Positions 1 to 9,792 of a stretch of 64,000 nt of DNA are shown in pieces. The stretch's first letter is position 1. Each line of letters starts with the position of its first letter. The stretch lies in sequence record OR228459.1, one strand, 5' to 3'. Under the pieces are notes generated by a model that was given only the letters and a program-made list of their open reading frames with translations, was not told the DNA's origin and did no database searches. The translations under genes were made by a program, and so were the position numbers.

Positions 1-1
1 G

Positions 2-163
2 ACTTTATATGATATGGTTAAATTCAATAAATTATTTGACATGCAAGAAGAATACGAAAAAGAAAATGTAATATATTGGATGTTAGTAATTACCTTTGGT
101 AATGGATTTGATTTGGAATATTTTGATGAAGGTATTCTATGCAATTCTCGTGCAGAGGTATAA
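2..163 (+). CDS. 3' end of hypothetical protein (truncated by window edge)
   Basis: Open frame from base 2 to TAA at 161-163, abutting the next start. Confidence 0.4.
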   Translation, partial: TLYDMVKFNKLFDMQEEYEKENVIYWMLVITFGNGFDLEYFDEGILCNSRAEV

Positions 164-164
164 T

Positions 165-1097
165 ATGATTACTAAAGATGATTTTTATGAATTTCTGAAA
201 GCGTTTTATAATAAGTTCAGGTCAGCGGGTGAATATTTCAATGTTCACCCATATAATGAATTTCAAAGAAAAGAAAAGGAATATCATAACTTATGTGATG
301 AATTGGGATTTTATGCTCGTGTTAGTTATAACACCTCCCCTCATGCACACAACATATATGGAATGTACGGAATTGATTTTCGTGATTTAATAACATTAGG
401 GTATATTCAAAATAAAGAATATTATTTAGAAATTCGCAATGATGAAGAAAATCCAACTTACTTAACACCAGACGACAGTACTTTTGAAAAGATAGCTAAA
501 GCATTTATTTATGGTCAAGGAAAATTCACTATTCTTCCAGATGATGTTATTACAATTGGTGATGTGTCTTTAACAGTTTTTGAAATCCATAAAGCAATTG
601 AAGAATATTCAGTACCACATCGTCTTAAAAAAATAGCAATCGATGATTTGTATGTTTTCCCATCAAAGGGTGACGATTACTCCTTTGGGGTTGGGGAACG
701 TTACACGGAAGAATATTGTGATATGGTAGAAGATATTGATACACGTTTATCACCTTATTTCTTTTCTGCTGATGGAATAGTGAATGCTGATATTTCTCCT
801 GAACATCAACGGTACTCATGGGATACATTCAAAGATAAAATAGTTGACGATATTACTGATATGGATGCCGTTTGGATTTGTAAAACAAAACCAGATGTTC
901 AATTTAATGTTAACATTGATACTTTAAAAAACTTGATTTCTTCTTTAGTAAAATCTAAAAATCCAGTAGCAGGATTATTAATGATACGTGTATTGACACA
1001 AAACAAAATCACTATAAATTACACTGATGTTCCAGAATTCAAAGTATTTGTGGAACAACATGGTCAAATAATGCGTGAATTGAGAACAATGCACTAA
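165..1097 (+). CDS. hypothetical protein
   Basis: Track ORF 96..1097; start moved to ATG 165 behind GAGG; no family recognised. Confidence 0.75.
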   Translation: MITKDDFYEFLKAFYNKFRSAGEYFNVHPYNEFQRKEKEYHNLCDELGFYARVSYNTSPHAHNIYGMYGIDFRDLITLGYIQNKEYYLEIRNDEENPTYLTPDDSTFEKIAKAFIYGQGKFTILPDDVITIGDVSLTVFEIHKAIEEYSVPHRLKKIAIDDLYVFPSKGDDYSFGVGERYTEEYCDMVEDIDTRLSPYFFSADGIVNADISPEHQRYSWDTFKDKIVDDITDMDAVWICKTKPDVQFNVNIDTLKNLISSLVKSKNPVAGLLMIRVLTQNKITINYTDVPEFKVFVEQHGQIMRELRTMH

Positions 1098-1139
1098 TAT
1101 ATGGGAAGCAATGCTTCCCATTTTCTTTAAGAGAATTTT

Positions 1140-1550
1140 ATGAATTTAGAAAAAACATTAAAATACATTGATGATAATTTTGAAAAACTGTATTCAGAAA
1201 AAAGTAAATCAAACACTAGAATTGATATTGAAAACAGTTTTATGGGTATTATTTTTGATTGGGATTTTTCTACTAAAGATACAGTACTGAAACTTGAATG
1301 GTTTCCGCATCAATATAAGTATTCTATTATCATTGAACTTTATAGTGAGACCGAATTTATATTAAACACATGGAATTCTAGAAGTTATTTGTGGTATGAA
1401 GATTTTATTATAGATTTTGATATTGAACGTGGTTATTTTGATTGTTTAGATACTGTATATCCTATGGCATCTAACTTCAAATTTAAGTACTTAAAAATAC
1501 TGAAAAGTATTTCTGTGAAATACATGATTAAGAAGGGTATAAACAAATGA
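1140..1550 (+). CDS. hypothetical protein
   Basis: Track ORF in tandem operon. Confidence 0.7.
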   Translation: MNLEKTLKYIDDNFEKLYSEKSKSNTRIDIENSFMGIIFDWDFSTKDTVLKLEWFPHQYKYSIIIELYSETEFILNTWNSRSYLWYEDFIIDFDIERGYFDCLDTVYPMASNFKFKYLKILKSISVKYMIKKGINK

Positions 1551-1557
1551 GGTGAAT

Positions 1558-1800
1558 ATGAAAACCGATAAAGCTATTGAAAAGATGCGTCGTAATAAGC
1601 GTAATTGGACTATCCCTAAACTGAAAGTAATCGCCGCACGTTGTGGTATTTCGTGCGTGTCGAATGGCAGTACTCATCACGTTTTCAGGTTAGAGGGTGT
1701 TGTAGAACATTTGTCAATTCCATTCAATGGTAAGGACATTCACCCTGATTATATAACTAAATTTCTACGCCTAATAGATAAGGCAACAGGAGAGAAGTAA
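1558..1800 (+). CDS. HicA-like mRNA interferase (dsRBD fold), no adjacent HicB
   Basis: NGSTHHVFR...LSIPFNGKDIHPDYITKFL matches the HicA pattern GSH-x-x-F...IP...KD(I/L)xxxY; ~80 aa, basic; SD GAGG before ATG 1558. Confidence 0.65.
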   Translation: MKTDKAIEKMRRNKRNWTIPKLKVIAARCGISCVSNGSTHHVFRLEGVVEHLSIPFNGKDIHPDYITKFLRLIDKATGEK

Positions 1801-3035
1801 TGATTTCTGAATACATGGCAATGTTTTCAAAAATGATGAATGACTATCCGTGGATGATGGGTCTTTATTCATTATATGGAATGGCAGTAATAACGTATCT
1901 AACAAAATTCATTCCTAAGATTTGGAACTTTATCTACAGTCAAAGTATTACAACATTAGAATTGAATAATGCTGGTTGGTCTGGAAATGAAGCTCACTTT
2001 TTGGCATTTATGGAATGGTACTTAAAAAGTCCATATGCTAAGTGGTCACGCTATCTTTCACTAGATGGTAAATTTCACAGATGGGAAGATGATGAACCTA
2101 CGAATAAAACTTATGTAATTGGTGCTGGTTATGGTACACACTTCTTCTTTTACAAGAAGCGTCTATTTTGGTTCTCTAAAGGAACATTACAAAGTTCGGG
2201 TTCGGAGAAAGAAAAACAAAATATTGTAATTAAAACACTAGGACGCACACAGAAACCATTAGTAGATTTAGTTGCTGATTTTGCAGTTAAACCTAAAGAA
2301 ACTGATATTAGTATCTTTAACTATAAAGATGATTGGGAACAGATTTCATCAGTAACTAAACGTCCACTATCATCAGTAATTCTACGTAAAGATATTAAAG
2401 ATGAATTGGTTGGAAATCTTGAGTACTTCTATGCTAATCGTGAATGGTACGTGTCACGTGGTCTAGCATATAAACAAACTTATATCCTACACGGTTTACC
2501 CGGTACAGGTAAAAGTAGTACTATCAAAGCACTAGCATCACACTTCAAAAAGAATATCTGTATCATTGATATTACTACAATGAGTAACATGGCATTCGAA
2601 AAAGCAATGGCATCCGTTCCTCGTGGTTCAATCGTTCTAATCGAAGATTTTGATTCGTGTCGTGCATTACATTCACGTGAAGATAGTGAAGATAATACAA
2701 ATGGGATGGCTGAATTGGTCGAAGTACTCTCACTATCTAAAGTACTAAATGTTCTTGATGGTGTAGTTAGTCTAGATGATACTGTGGTATTTTTGACCAC
2801 CAACCACCTAGAGAAGATTGACGCTGCAATGACACGTAAAGGCCGGGTTGATTATTGCATCGAGATTCCACACCTAGAAGATGCAGAAGTGAAAGAATAT
2901 ATTCATCTTATGTATCCAGATAAAGAAATTCCACAAAAAACATTTGACACCATCGCGGGTTGTGATATACAATCTCTTTACCTCGAACATAAAGAAGATT
3001 TCAACAGCTTCATTGGAAGTCTAAAGGAGAAATAA
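1800..3035 (+). CDS. BCS1-like AAA ATPase with N-terminal membrane anchor
   Basis: RPLSSVIL, Walker A GLPGTGKS, Walker B IEDFD, LNVLDG, TTNHLEKIDAAMTRKGRVD; hydrophobic N-terminus and BCS1_N-like middle. Confidence 0.8.
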   Translation: MISEYMAMFSKMMNDYPWMMGLYSLYGMAVITYLTKFIPKIWNFIYSQSITTLELNNAGWSGNEAHFLAFMEWYLKSPYAKWSRYLSLDGKFHRWEDDEPTNKTYVIGAGYGTHFFFYKKRLFWFSKGTLQSSGSEKEKQNIVIKTLGRTQKPLVDLVADFAVKPKETDISIFNYKDDWEQISSVTKRPLSSVILRKDIKDELVGNLEYFYANREWYVSRGLAYKQTYILHGLPGTGKSSTIKALASHFKKNICIIDITTMSNMAFEKAMASVPRGSIVLIEDFDSCRALHSREDSEDNTNGMAELVEVLSLSKVLNVLDGVVSLDDTVVFLTTNHLEKIDAAMTRKGRVDYCIEIPHLEDAEVKEYIHLMYPDKEIPQKTFDTIAGCDIQSLYLEHKEDFNSFIGSLKEK

Positions 3036-3445
3036 TGGCTGAACTTAAACTCAAGTTGCGTGAGCGTTGGGTTAATGTTAGCGATAATACGGTAATTCAA
3101 AGTCTCGTCACTGAGGAAACTATTCACATTGATGATGACTTAGATTTTGAAGAAATGGCACATTATTATATGTGCCTCCGTGTTGGGTCGAGTATTGTAG
3201 ATGGTGTCCGTCATGAAGTTTCAGTTTATGACGGTTCATTGACAAAAGAAGAAATGTTTGATTTCATTCTAAACAATACAGTAACATTATCTCCTGATGG
3301 ATCTACTTGGAAGAAACATAATGAAGACGGTACTGAAGAAAAAGTAGTACTGAAATATAATGTATCAATTAATGGCTGTAGTATGAGTGGTTATGATTTA
3401 GAAGATGCTATTAATCACTACGTTAAGGAGATTCAAAATAAATGA
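3035..3445 (+). CDS. hypothetical protein
   Basis: Track ORF, TAATG coupling. Confidence 0.75.
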   Translation: MAELKLKLRERWVNVSDNTVIQSLVTEETIHIDDDLDFEEMAHYYMCLRVGSSIVDGVRHEVSVYDGSLTKEEMFDFILNNTVTLSPDGSTWKKHNEDGTEEKVVLKYNVSINGCSMSGYDLEDAINHYVKEIQNK

Positions 3446-3765
3446 TTTCAGTAATGTGTGTAATTTGTGCTACTATCGTAATTTGTACTTTTATTAAGTA
3501 CCGTTGCATTTGGAAATGTCAGCAACAAGAATACAAATTATATCGTGAGAAAAACAAGAAATCACCGTTTGTTATTCGTCCACATTTATATAAGCATCCA
3601 CATGATGCATCTAAACATTATTGGGGTTATGTAGTATTCAATACTGACACTGACCACCCATATACTGGCATTGATAAAAACAATACATCTTTTACTGTAT
3701 ATCGCGAAAAGGCCGATGCAGATAAGCGTCGTAAAGAATTGGATGAATTATATGAATACAATTGA
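3442..3765 (+). CDS. hypothetical protein, N-terminal hydrophobic segment
   Basis: Track ORF, ATGA overlap. Confidence 0.7.
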   Translation: MISVMCVICATIVICTFIKYRCIWKCQQQEYKLYREKNKKSPFVIRPHLYKHPHDASKHYWGYVVFNTDTDHPYTGIDKNNTSFTVYREKADADKRRKELDELYEYN

Positions 3766-3943
3766 TTATAATGATGCCATAAAATTGATGGAGAAATTCA
3801 TCAATACTTACAAAGTAAAAGGAAAATTAAAAGGGTATTCTTATTCATTCAGTTCACGTAAGATAGAATTACGAGACAATAGTACTTCCGAATCTGTTAT
3901 TATATGCAACGATCGTCTGATATATGTACAATCAATAACCTGA
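3752..3943 (+). CDS. hypothetical protein
   Basis: Track ORF 3671..3943, start trimmed. Confidence 0.5.
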   Translation: MNTIDYNDAIKLMEKFINTYKVKGKLKGYSYSFSSRKIELRDNSTSESVIICNDRLIYVQSIT

Positions 3944-4097
3944 TTCAAAACTACATCCTTTAAACGTTACTTATGTGAAGAAGAATGTTTTCAGGATTCT
4001 TGTATTGGTGAAGTCGGTTGCGATGAAAAGATGGAGTTGCTTATCAAAGAATGTGTTGACGTGTACTACCAAAGTGTGATAAACTCGCTTAACATAG

Positions 4098-4508
4098 GTG
4101 GTTGGGTTGATGAGTGAAAATGTTGTTAATCGTAATAAACTATTAGAACGAGGTTTAATGTTGATAGTTGGTGCTACTATGTCATTAGAAGATACTGGTA
4201 GTACTGGTCAATACCTCGTGAAAATGGGTACAATGAAGTTAGTACTATCTAGAAACTTTACAGAGGTTGCTATTTCAAAACACTATGTAACTATTAGATG
4301 GATGAGTGAAAGTATTGTATTAAGTCGGGCAACATCAGAAGAAGATTATTTTCAGAAGATGTGTCTTGATGATTCGTATTGTGATGAAGAGTACGAAAAA
4401 GGTATTAAAGAATTTTTTGATTTATATATGAAATCCTTGTATCGCAATTTTGCAATAGGGGGTTTCCTAGAAGGTGCTTATGCAGAAGATATCGAAAACG
4501 ATCAGTAA
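4098..4508 (+). CDS. hypothetical protein
   Basis: Track ORF. Confidence 0.65.
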   Translation: MVGLMSENVVNRNKLLERGLMLIVGATMSLEDTGSTGQYLVKMGTMKLVLSRNFTEVAISKHYVTIRWMSESIVLSRATSEEDYFQKMCLDDSYCDEEYEKGIKEFFDLYMKSLYRNFAIGGFLEGAYAEDIENDQ

Positions 4509-4809
4509 GTATCTCGCTGGTTTGAGTAAGTTTAAACAAGGCGAAGAATACGAAAGTAACAACATAAAATATAGGATTATGTTTGATCCACAATCCTATG
4601 ATCAAGTACTATTATTTTTCAGTAAAGAGAATGGGCGAGAATCAATCCAATTTGCTTGTACTGAATTTGGTATTTACATTCGTGAAGAAGATAGTGATTC
4701 ACCATCTCACTATTACTATCACACCCTTATGTACACACGTGATTTTGGATTTACCCTTTACGATCTAGCCAATGTGTATCACATTTTCAAAGAAATGAAA
4801 AAATCTTGA
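4474..4809 (+). CDS. hypothetical protein
   Basis: Track ORF. Confidence 0.65.
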   Translation: MLMQKISKTISKYLAGLSKFKQGEEYESNNIKYRIMFDPQSYDQVLLFFSKENGRESIQFACTEFGIYIREEDSDSPSHYYYHTLMYTRDFGFTLYDLANVYHIFKEMKKS

Positions 4810-4864
4810 GACAAATCTTAGCTTTTGTGATATAATAACGAGAGTCAATCAATGGAGATAAAAT

Positions 4865-5725
4865 ATGTTTACTAAATTTCACAATGTAAGTTTCATCACT
4901 TCAACTGTCACTGGTCTAGAGGTCGAAGGCAATCATCTAGTGATTCACACAACTGGTAGTTCTTACGAAGTTCCTTTCAAGAGTGGGGCTGAAGCAAAAT
5001 CTGGTCTAGATGAACTAACTGATATTCTAAACAATAATAATATTAATACCAATAAAAAAGAAGAAACCGCATCCAAGACCGATGATATTCTAAATCTTGC
5101 ACAGGAAGCCGTAGAATCGCTTCAAGGCGTTCTAGGAACCCTACGTAGTGCTGCTACTTCTAAAGTGGCTGACGTAGCAGTTAAAAGCGTTTTAGACCGT
5201 ATTGATGGTCGTCTATCTTCTGTACTTGATGCAAAAGATGATCTTATTGCCAAAGCTAAGAGCATCTTTGAACATGCGGAACCAGAAAATAAACCAAAAG
5301 CACAACCAAAAACTAAAGAAAAGTCAGTAGTAAAAGAACCTAAGAACAGCGATGTATCAGTAGGTGATAACATTTTTGGTGATATTCTAAATGATATCTT
5401 CACTGGTACTTCTTGTGTGGATGTTTCACATGAGCATGGTGCTAAGAAAATCACAGTGGACGAATTCAAACAAGTATTTGGTACTGAGTCTGAACCACTA
5501 ATCGGTGATCTAACCGATAAACAATTACGTGAGTTCATTTCTGAGTTTGTTGATGGTGCACTAGAGAATGAGCGTGTACAAGTACTATTCAATAATATCA
5601 AAGAACAATTTGGCGTTGAAGAAGCAGAAAAAGCAATTGAAGGATATAAGAAACTAATTCATACATTCTGTAACCAAAATGTTGAGATGACACTATCTCA
5701 AGTAATTGCTCGTTACTTCTCCTAA
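4865..5725 (+). CDS. hypothetical protein
   Basis: 286-aa ORF, SD GGAG, TATAAT at 4831, ends at a terminator. Confidence 0.85.
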   Translation: MFTKFHNVSFITSTVTGLEVEGNHLVIHTTGSSYEVPFKSGAEAKSGLDELTDILNNNNINTNKKEETASKTDDILNLAQEAVESLQGVLGTLRSAATSKVADVAVKSVLDRIDGRLSSVLDAKDDLIAKAKSIFEHAEPENKPKAQPKTKEKSVVKEPKNSDVSVGDNIFGDILNDIFTGTSCVDVSHEHGAKKITVDEFKQVFGTESEPLIGDLTDKQLREFISEFVDGALENERVQVLFNNIKEQFGVEEAEKAIEGYKKLIHTFCNQNVEMTLSQVIARYFS

Positions 5726-5726
5726 T

Positions 5727-5756
5727 AAAAAAGGCGACCGAAAGGCCGCCTTTTTT
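5727..5756. terminator. bidirectional intrinsic terminator
   Basis: AAAAAA-GGCG(A)CC-GAAA-GG(C)CGCC-TTTTTT between convergent genes. Confidence 0.85.
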
Positions 5757-5759
5757 GTT

Positions 5760-6902
5760 TTAGTCTTTACCAACTATTACAATTTTACCAGTTAATTCAA
5801 TATTGCTATGTAGAATTATTTCTTCATCACTTTCTAAATCTACTTCAAGCATAACTACGTTATTACCTTCGTACACAGTAAAGGAAATATTCTTCTTACC
5901 ATGTTCAGACGCTGCGATGTTCATCAAGAATTTTTCACCTGATGCAGTCCACGCTAGAGGTGCTACATATGGAGTTGTTTTGAGAGTTTTACCAATAATT
6001 ACAGCACGATATGGAGTATCATCGTATTTGGTTACTGTAATATTCCCATTCACTACTGATACGTCTGCATCATAAAGTACAAAATTAGTTTGATCTAATG
6101 ATTGAAGTTGGATTACAATATCATTACCACGTCCATGAACAGAAGCAGGTATGGTTGATACGAATACATTACCAGATTGTTGTTGTTCTGAACTTGGAAT
6201 TGAAATTGACGTAACATAATCTGAGTCTTGGTCATCCATGATAATTGGAACTGTTACTGACTTGTCATTATAGTTTGGAGAGGTTACTTTAATAGTAACT
6301 GTACCCGGCCCTACTATTGGGGTAACAGTGTCGATAACGAATGAACCATCTGGATTTACAATACCGGTTACTTCTCTACCATCTGGTAGTGTTGCTGTTA
6401 TCACCATACCATTAGTGTTTACTGTTCCACTAGGAACTGTTATCACACCGGTAATACTGGTATCACCATTTTTAATTGGATTTGCTATGATATTAGAAAT
6501 ATCAATGGGTGGAATTCCACATTCAGGAATGTACATATCATAAAGTACTTTTCCGTTACTTAGAATCTTTTTATTAGTTAAGAATCTGATTACAAAACCT
6601 TCAATTGTGTGTTGCGGGTTATAGCCACGAACAAAGAAAGTATTTCTTGGAATCATATTAACTAATTGCGAATCGGATAACGAATAATCTAAAAATACGC
6701 CTGTTACGTCTACGCCTGTTAGTAATAGCTTTTGGTATACAATTTCAGTACTTGGATCAATTAAGTCAAACATTACATCTGAACGTTGTTTGTAGATGCG
6801 AAGGTTTGTAGTCTTAGTGTGATCGTGGAAGTGTACACCGTTAGCAATATACCCACAGACACCGTAAGGATATTCATTAATTCCAGCTATCGGTCTTGCC
6901 AT
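5760..6902 (-). CDS. putative virion structural protein (Ig-like middle, two C-terminal repeats)
   Basis: Beta-rich V/T/G/P segment (ITGVITVPSG...GSFVIDT); repeats IPASVHG..VIIG and IAASEHG..IVIVG; TAAATA promoter upstream. Confidence 0.6.
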   Translation of the reverse strand: MARPIAGINEYPYGVCGYIANGVHFHDHTKTTNLRIYKQRSDVMFDLIDPSTEIVYQKLLLTGVDVTGVFLDYSLSDSQLVNMIPRNTFFVRGYNPQHTIEGFVIRFLTNKKILSNGKVLYDMYIPECGIPPIDISNIIANPIKNGDTSITGVITVPSGTVNTNGMVITATLPDGREVTGIVNPDGSFVIDTVTPIVGPGTVTIKVTSPNYNDKSVTVPIIMDDQDSDYVTSISIPSSEQQQSGNVFVSTIPASVHGRGNDIVIQLQSLDQTNFVLYDADVSVVNGNITVTKYDDTPYRAVIIGKTLKTTPYVAPLAWTASGEKFLMNIAASEHGKKNISFTVYEGNNVVMLEVDLESDEEIILHSNIELTGKIVIVGKD

Positions 6903-6933
6903 TTTTCCCCCTTAAACATGAGTGTTATATCAA

Positions 6934-6939
6934 TATTTA
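6934..6939 (-). promoter_or_regulatory. late-type promoter core TAAATA
   Basis: Same motif ~30 nt upstream of most - strand gene blocks; resembles the T4 late core TATAAATA. Confidence 0.55.
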
Positions 6940-6956
6940 CCTCAAAGAATAAAAAA

Positions 6957-6985
6957 TTGACACCATACATGATTTACGGTATAAT
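6957..6985 (+). promoter_or_regulatory. sigma70-type promoter
   Basis: TTGACA-17-TATAAT, perfect consensus. Confidence 0.85.
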
Positions 6986-7041
6986 GTGTTTTGTTGATTG
7001 GGAGACCGATTGATCTCAAATTTATAAATTCAGGAGTTGTT

Positions 7042-7614
7042 ATGAGTCGTTTAATTATTAAGAATAACAAGATGACAGTTCGCTTGCACAATGATGAGGC
7101 TGATTCGTTCATGGCTAAAGCTATTGCGAAATCAGAAAAATTTGAACGCATTGCGTCAGCAGCGAAGTCACCTTATGGTTTCAATCATCCACACGCTCAT
7201 TTCGTTGGGATGGTTGCAGAACACGCTTCATGGATTCTGTTTAATAGTATTGAAGAACTAACCGGGAATGACCTGAAAATTGATCCTGCATATCGCGATG
7301 AGAACCGTGAGGCTGAATGTGACCTGTACGTTAACGGATTACGTATTGAAGTTAAAGGTATTAAGTATGGGTCGTGGTTAAACTTCGGGCCATGTATTAG
7401 CTCTCGTCAATTGAAAAAAATTGAGAAAAAAGCTGACATTGTTTTGTGGGCGTTGTATAATGAACGTCGTCAGGAATTTTCATTCGAAGGATTTAACTAC
7501 GTTAAAGATATTCGTTCTATTCCTACTGTAGTTACAGGTGCAGTGGGTCGTCCACAAATCGAAAATCATCCAGTACTGGATATTCTTAAACCACTTCAGG
7601 AGCTTGCACTATGA
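7042..7614 (+). CDS. PD-(D/E)XK nuclease-like protein
   Basis: GMVAE...CDLYVNGLRIEVKG gives E...D...EVK spacing; start at ATG 7042 behind AGGAG. Confidence 0.5.
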   Translation: MSRLIIKNNKMTVRLHNDEADSFMAKAIAKSEKFERIASAAKSPYGFNHPHAHFVGMVAEHASWILFNSIEELTGNDLKIDPAYRDENREAECDLYVNGLRIEVKGIKYGSWLNFGPCISSRQLKKIEKKADIVLWALYNERRQEFSFEGFNYVKDIRSIPTVVTGAVGRPQIENHPVLDILKPLQELAL

Positions 7615-7820
7615 AAGCATGGGTATATGTTGATGGATATGCAAAAGTAGAAGCTGATTTCCCAGAACTACCACGGGTGGGAGATGAAATCTCTATTAAA
7701 AGCATGACCGACTCATTTGGAACTAAGTACATTGTTGATTATGTACAGCATGAAATTCGCCACGGCGATCTAACAACTAAAGTAACTATTAATATCTACA
7801 CAAAGGAGGTTCCACTATGA
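7611..7820 (+). CDS. hypothetical protein
   Basis: Track ORF, ATGA overlap. Confidence 0.7.
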   Translation: MKAWVYVDGYAKVEADFPELPRVGDEISIKSMTDSFGTKYIVDYVQHEIRHGDLTTKVTINIYTKEVPL

Positions 7821-8290
7821 TTCTCTCGTGTATTGCAATTTTAATTCTATTCTGTGTGATTCTTTCTTGGACTGATTTACATTCACACGTAGGGTATGCT
7901 TTCTATGTAGCAAAGAATGAAGGATGGCATCTATTTCCAATTGTTTGGTTTCAATCATTCTTTCTACCTACAGCATTTTTACGTAGTGGTAAGTCTGCTT
8001 TTGATTATACTGAATTGTCCAAATTGGAACGTACACTAAGGGCGTACTTTAGTAACGAGGAAGGAATCGAAGCAGAATGGGAATCACGGCGTGGACAGTA
8101 TTTTGAAATCAGTCGTAAGGGATTTAAAGGAATTCGTTTCCATATACCAAAAGATGATAGTGTTTCAATCAATGGTTATGATCGCTTAGTTCCACCACGC
8201 CTAGCATTTTTGATGCTAGCATGTGCTAAACAGATTGTAAACGATCATAAAAAGAAAAAAAATACGAGTGAAAAACCACTTTTCAGTTGA
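7817..8290 (+). CDS. hypothetical membrane-anchored protein
   Basis: Track ORF, hydrophobic N-terminus. Confidence 0.75.
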   Translation: MILSCIAILILFCVILSWTDLHSHVGYAFYVAKNEGWHLFPIVWFQSFFLPTAFLRSGKSAFDYTELSKLERTLRAYFSNEEGIEAEWESRRGQYFEISRKGFKGIRFHIPKDDSVSINGYDRLVPPRLAFLMLACAKQIVNDHKKKKNTSEKPLFS

Positions 8291-8315
8291 CAGATTGGTA
8301 ATACCTAGATATAAT
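8287..8315 (+). promoter_or_regulatory. sigma70-type promoter
   Basis: TTGACA-17-TATAAT. Confidence 0.8.
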
Positions 8316-8343
8316 ACTTTCACTAACTAAGGAGATAATTTGT

Positions 8344-8826
8344 ATGAATATCGTAGCAACTAAACTCTCAAGTTCAATGAGTAAACGTCAAGGTTATCTT
8401 TCAATCTCTGATGCAATGGAACCAAATCTAAAAAGCTATACATTCAGCCATTGCCTTAAACTCAAAAAAGATGCACTCGGATTTACAAAATGGGTTCTAT
8501 ATTGGGATGATACCGATTTCGTAGTAGTATTCACTGTTATTACCACTGTTCTCAGTACTGGTTATATCAAAGCAACTATAATTGATCGTGAATTGACTGA
8601 TGTGCAAACTGTTGGTGCTTACACTGGTAAAAACTCATTCACTGAAGTTCATCTTGTACAAGGAAAATATCTAAGTACTAAAGAACGTGCGAACGCTATA
8701 AGTACTGCTCTTAGTACTCATGATTTCCGTGGGAATAACACTTCAACAAAAGAAGATCCCGAAAAACTACAAGCACAGATTGACGCCATTGCTGAATCTT
8801 GGGGAATTAAACCCAAAAAATCATAA
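8344..8826 (+). CDS. hypothetical protein
   Basis: Track ORF, SD AAGGAG. Confidence 0.8.
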   Translation: MNIVATKLSSSMSKRQGYLSISDAMEPNLKSYTFSHCLKLKKDALGFTKWVLYWDDTDFVVVFTVITTVLSTGYIKATIIDRELTDVQTVGAYTGKNSFTEVHLVQGKYLSTKERANAISTALSTHDFRGNNTSTKEDPEKLQAQIDAIAESWGIKPKKS

Positions 8827-8870
8827 CCAGTTCAGGCCACTCAGTGGCCTTCTTTAAGGAGTTGATAAAA

Positions 8871-9314
8871 ATGATTACTTCAAAATTTTTCAAATATTAT
8901 GTAGCATTTTATTTTTGTCTTTTATATTTGTTTGTAGGGTATTATACTAATATCATTACATGGGAAACTCCGTCACATTTACGGATTCTTATGAGTATTA
9001 TTCTTAGTCTTGGAACATGTTTCTTTGCTGCAATGGTATTATCTTGTATGGCAGAAGATATGATGGCTGCTAAAGAATCATTCAGTATTTTTGGAAAGAA
9101 AAAACTATTTCGCATTTGGCAATACTTAGCAGCACCAATTTTCATTTGGGAAATTTATAAATGGGAACATTTCGGAATTATTATTCCATCATTATTGATG
9201 TACATGGGTATGAAAGCACTAATCACTAATCACAATAATCATGTTGAAGCATTCAACGAAGAAGAACTTAAACGTAAAGCACGTCAGGAACAAGCGGAAC
9301 AGGTGACATTATGA
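8871..9314 (+). CDS. hypothetical multi-pass membrane protein
   Basis: Track ORF 8844..9314, start moved behind AAGGAG; about 4 hydrophobic segments. Confidence 0.75.
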   Translation: MITSKFFKYYVAFYFCLLYLFVGYYTNIITWETPSHLRILMSIILSLGTCFFAAMVLSCMAEDMMAAKESFSIFGKKKLFRIWQYLAAPIFIWEIYKWEHFGIIIPSLLMYMGMKALITNHNNHVEAFNEEELKRKARQEQAEQVTL

Positions 9315-9724
9315 TCAAAGGTCTTTATATTTTCTTTTCAGTACTGATCGGTATTAAAGTACTAGAAGGAATTCCATTTCTAGATGTATTATCAGGTTCG
9401 TGGCATATTGTAAGTACTGTTGCATTACGTTCTTTTATGTTTTTAGCACTTTTTCTGGTTGCTTTTAACACCGCAGCGTTTATGGAAGAAAAAGATAACC
9501 ATGACAGTTCTTTTGTGCAATTTTATCTACGCCAGTTCATAGGTCTTAAATTATTACCATTATGGCCTTTGTACTTTTGGTTTGGGGCAGCAGCATTTCA
9601 AGTACAAGTGAATAACGTTATCGATGCAGTAGCAATTTTCATTATTACTTTACTAGCAACAAGCGTTGTTCTTGTTCAGAATGGCTTGTATAAGCGGTTC
9701 CTAATGGAAGAAGTAAAAAAGTAA
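9311..9724 (+). CDS. hypothetical multi-pass membrane protein
   Basis: Track ORF, about 4 hydrophobic segments. Confidence 0.75.
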   Translation: MIKGLYIFFSVLIGIKVLEGIPFLDVLSGSWHIVSTVALRSFMFLALFLVAFNTAAFMEEKDNHDSSFVQFYLRQFIGLKLLPLWPLYFWFGAAAFQVQVNNVIDAVAIFIITLLATSVVLVQNGLYKRFLMEEVKK

Positions 9725-9733
9725 ACATAATCA

Positions 9734-9762
9734 TTGACCGCCTAGGCGGTCATTGTTATAAT
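9734..9762 (+). promoter_or_regulatory. sigma70-type promoter with -35 inside a hairpin
   Basis: TTGACC-17-TATAAT; TGACCGCC-TA-GGCGGTCA inverted repeat. Confidence 0.75.
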
Positions 9763-9792
9763 ATATGCATACAAACAAAAGAGGAAATAAGA

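Noticed and set aside
2480-2803. Antisense track ORFs within long genes (also 5122..5601, 27708..27902, 48310..48603, 57257..57541 and similar)
   Set aside because: Fully nested opposite well-supported genes, with no SD or promoter.
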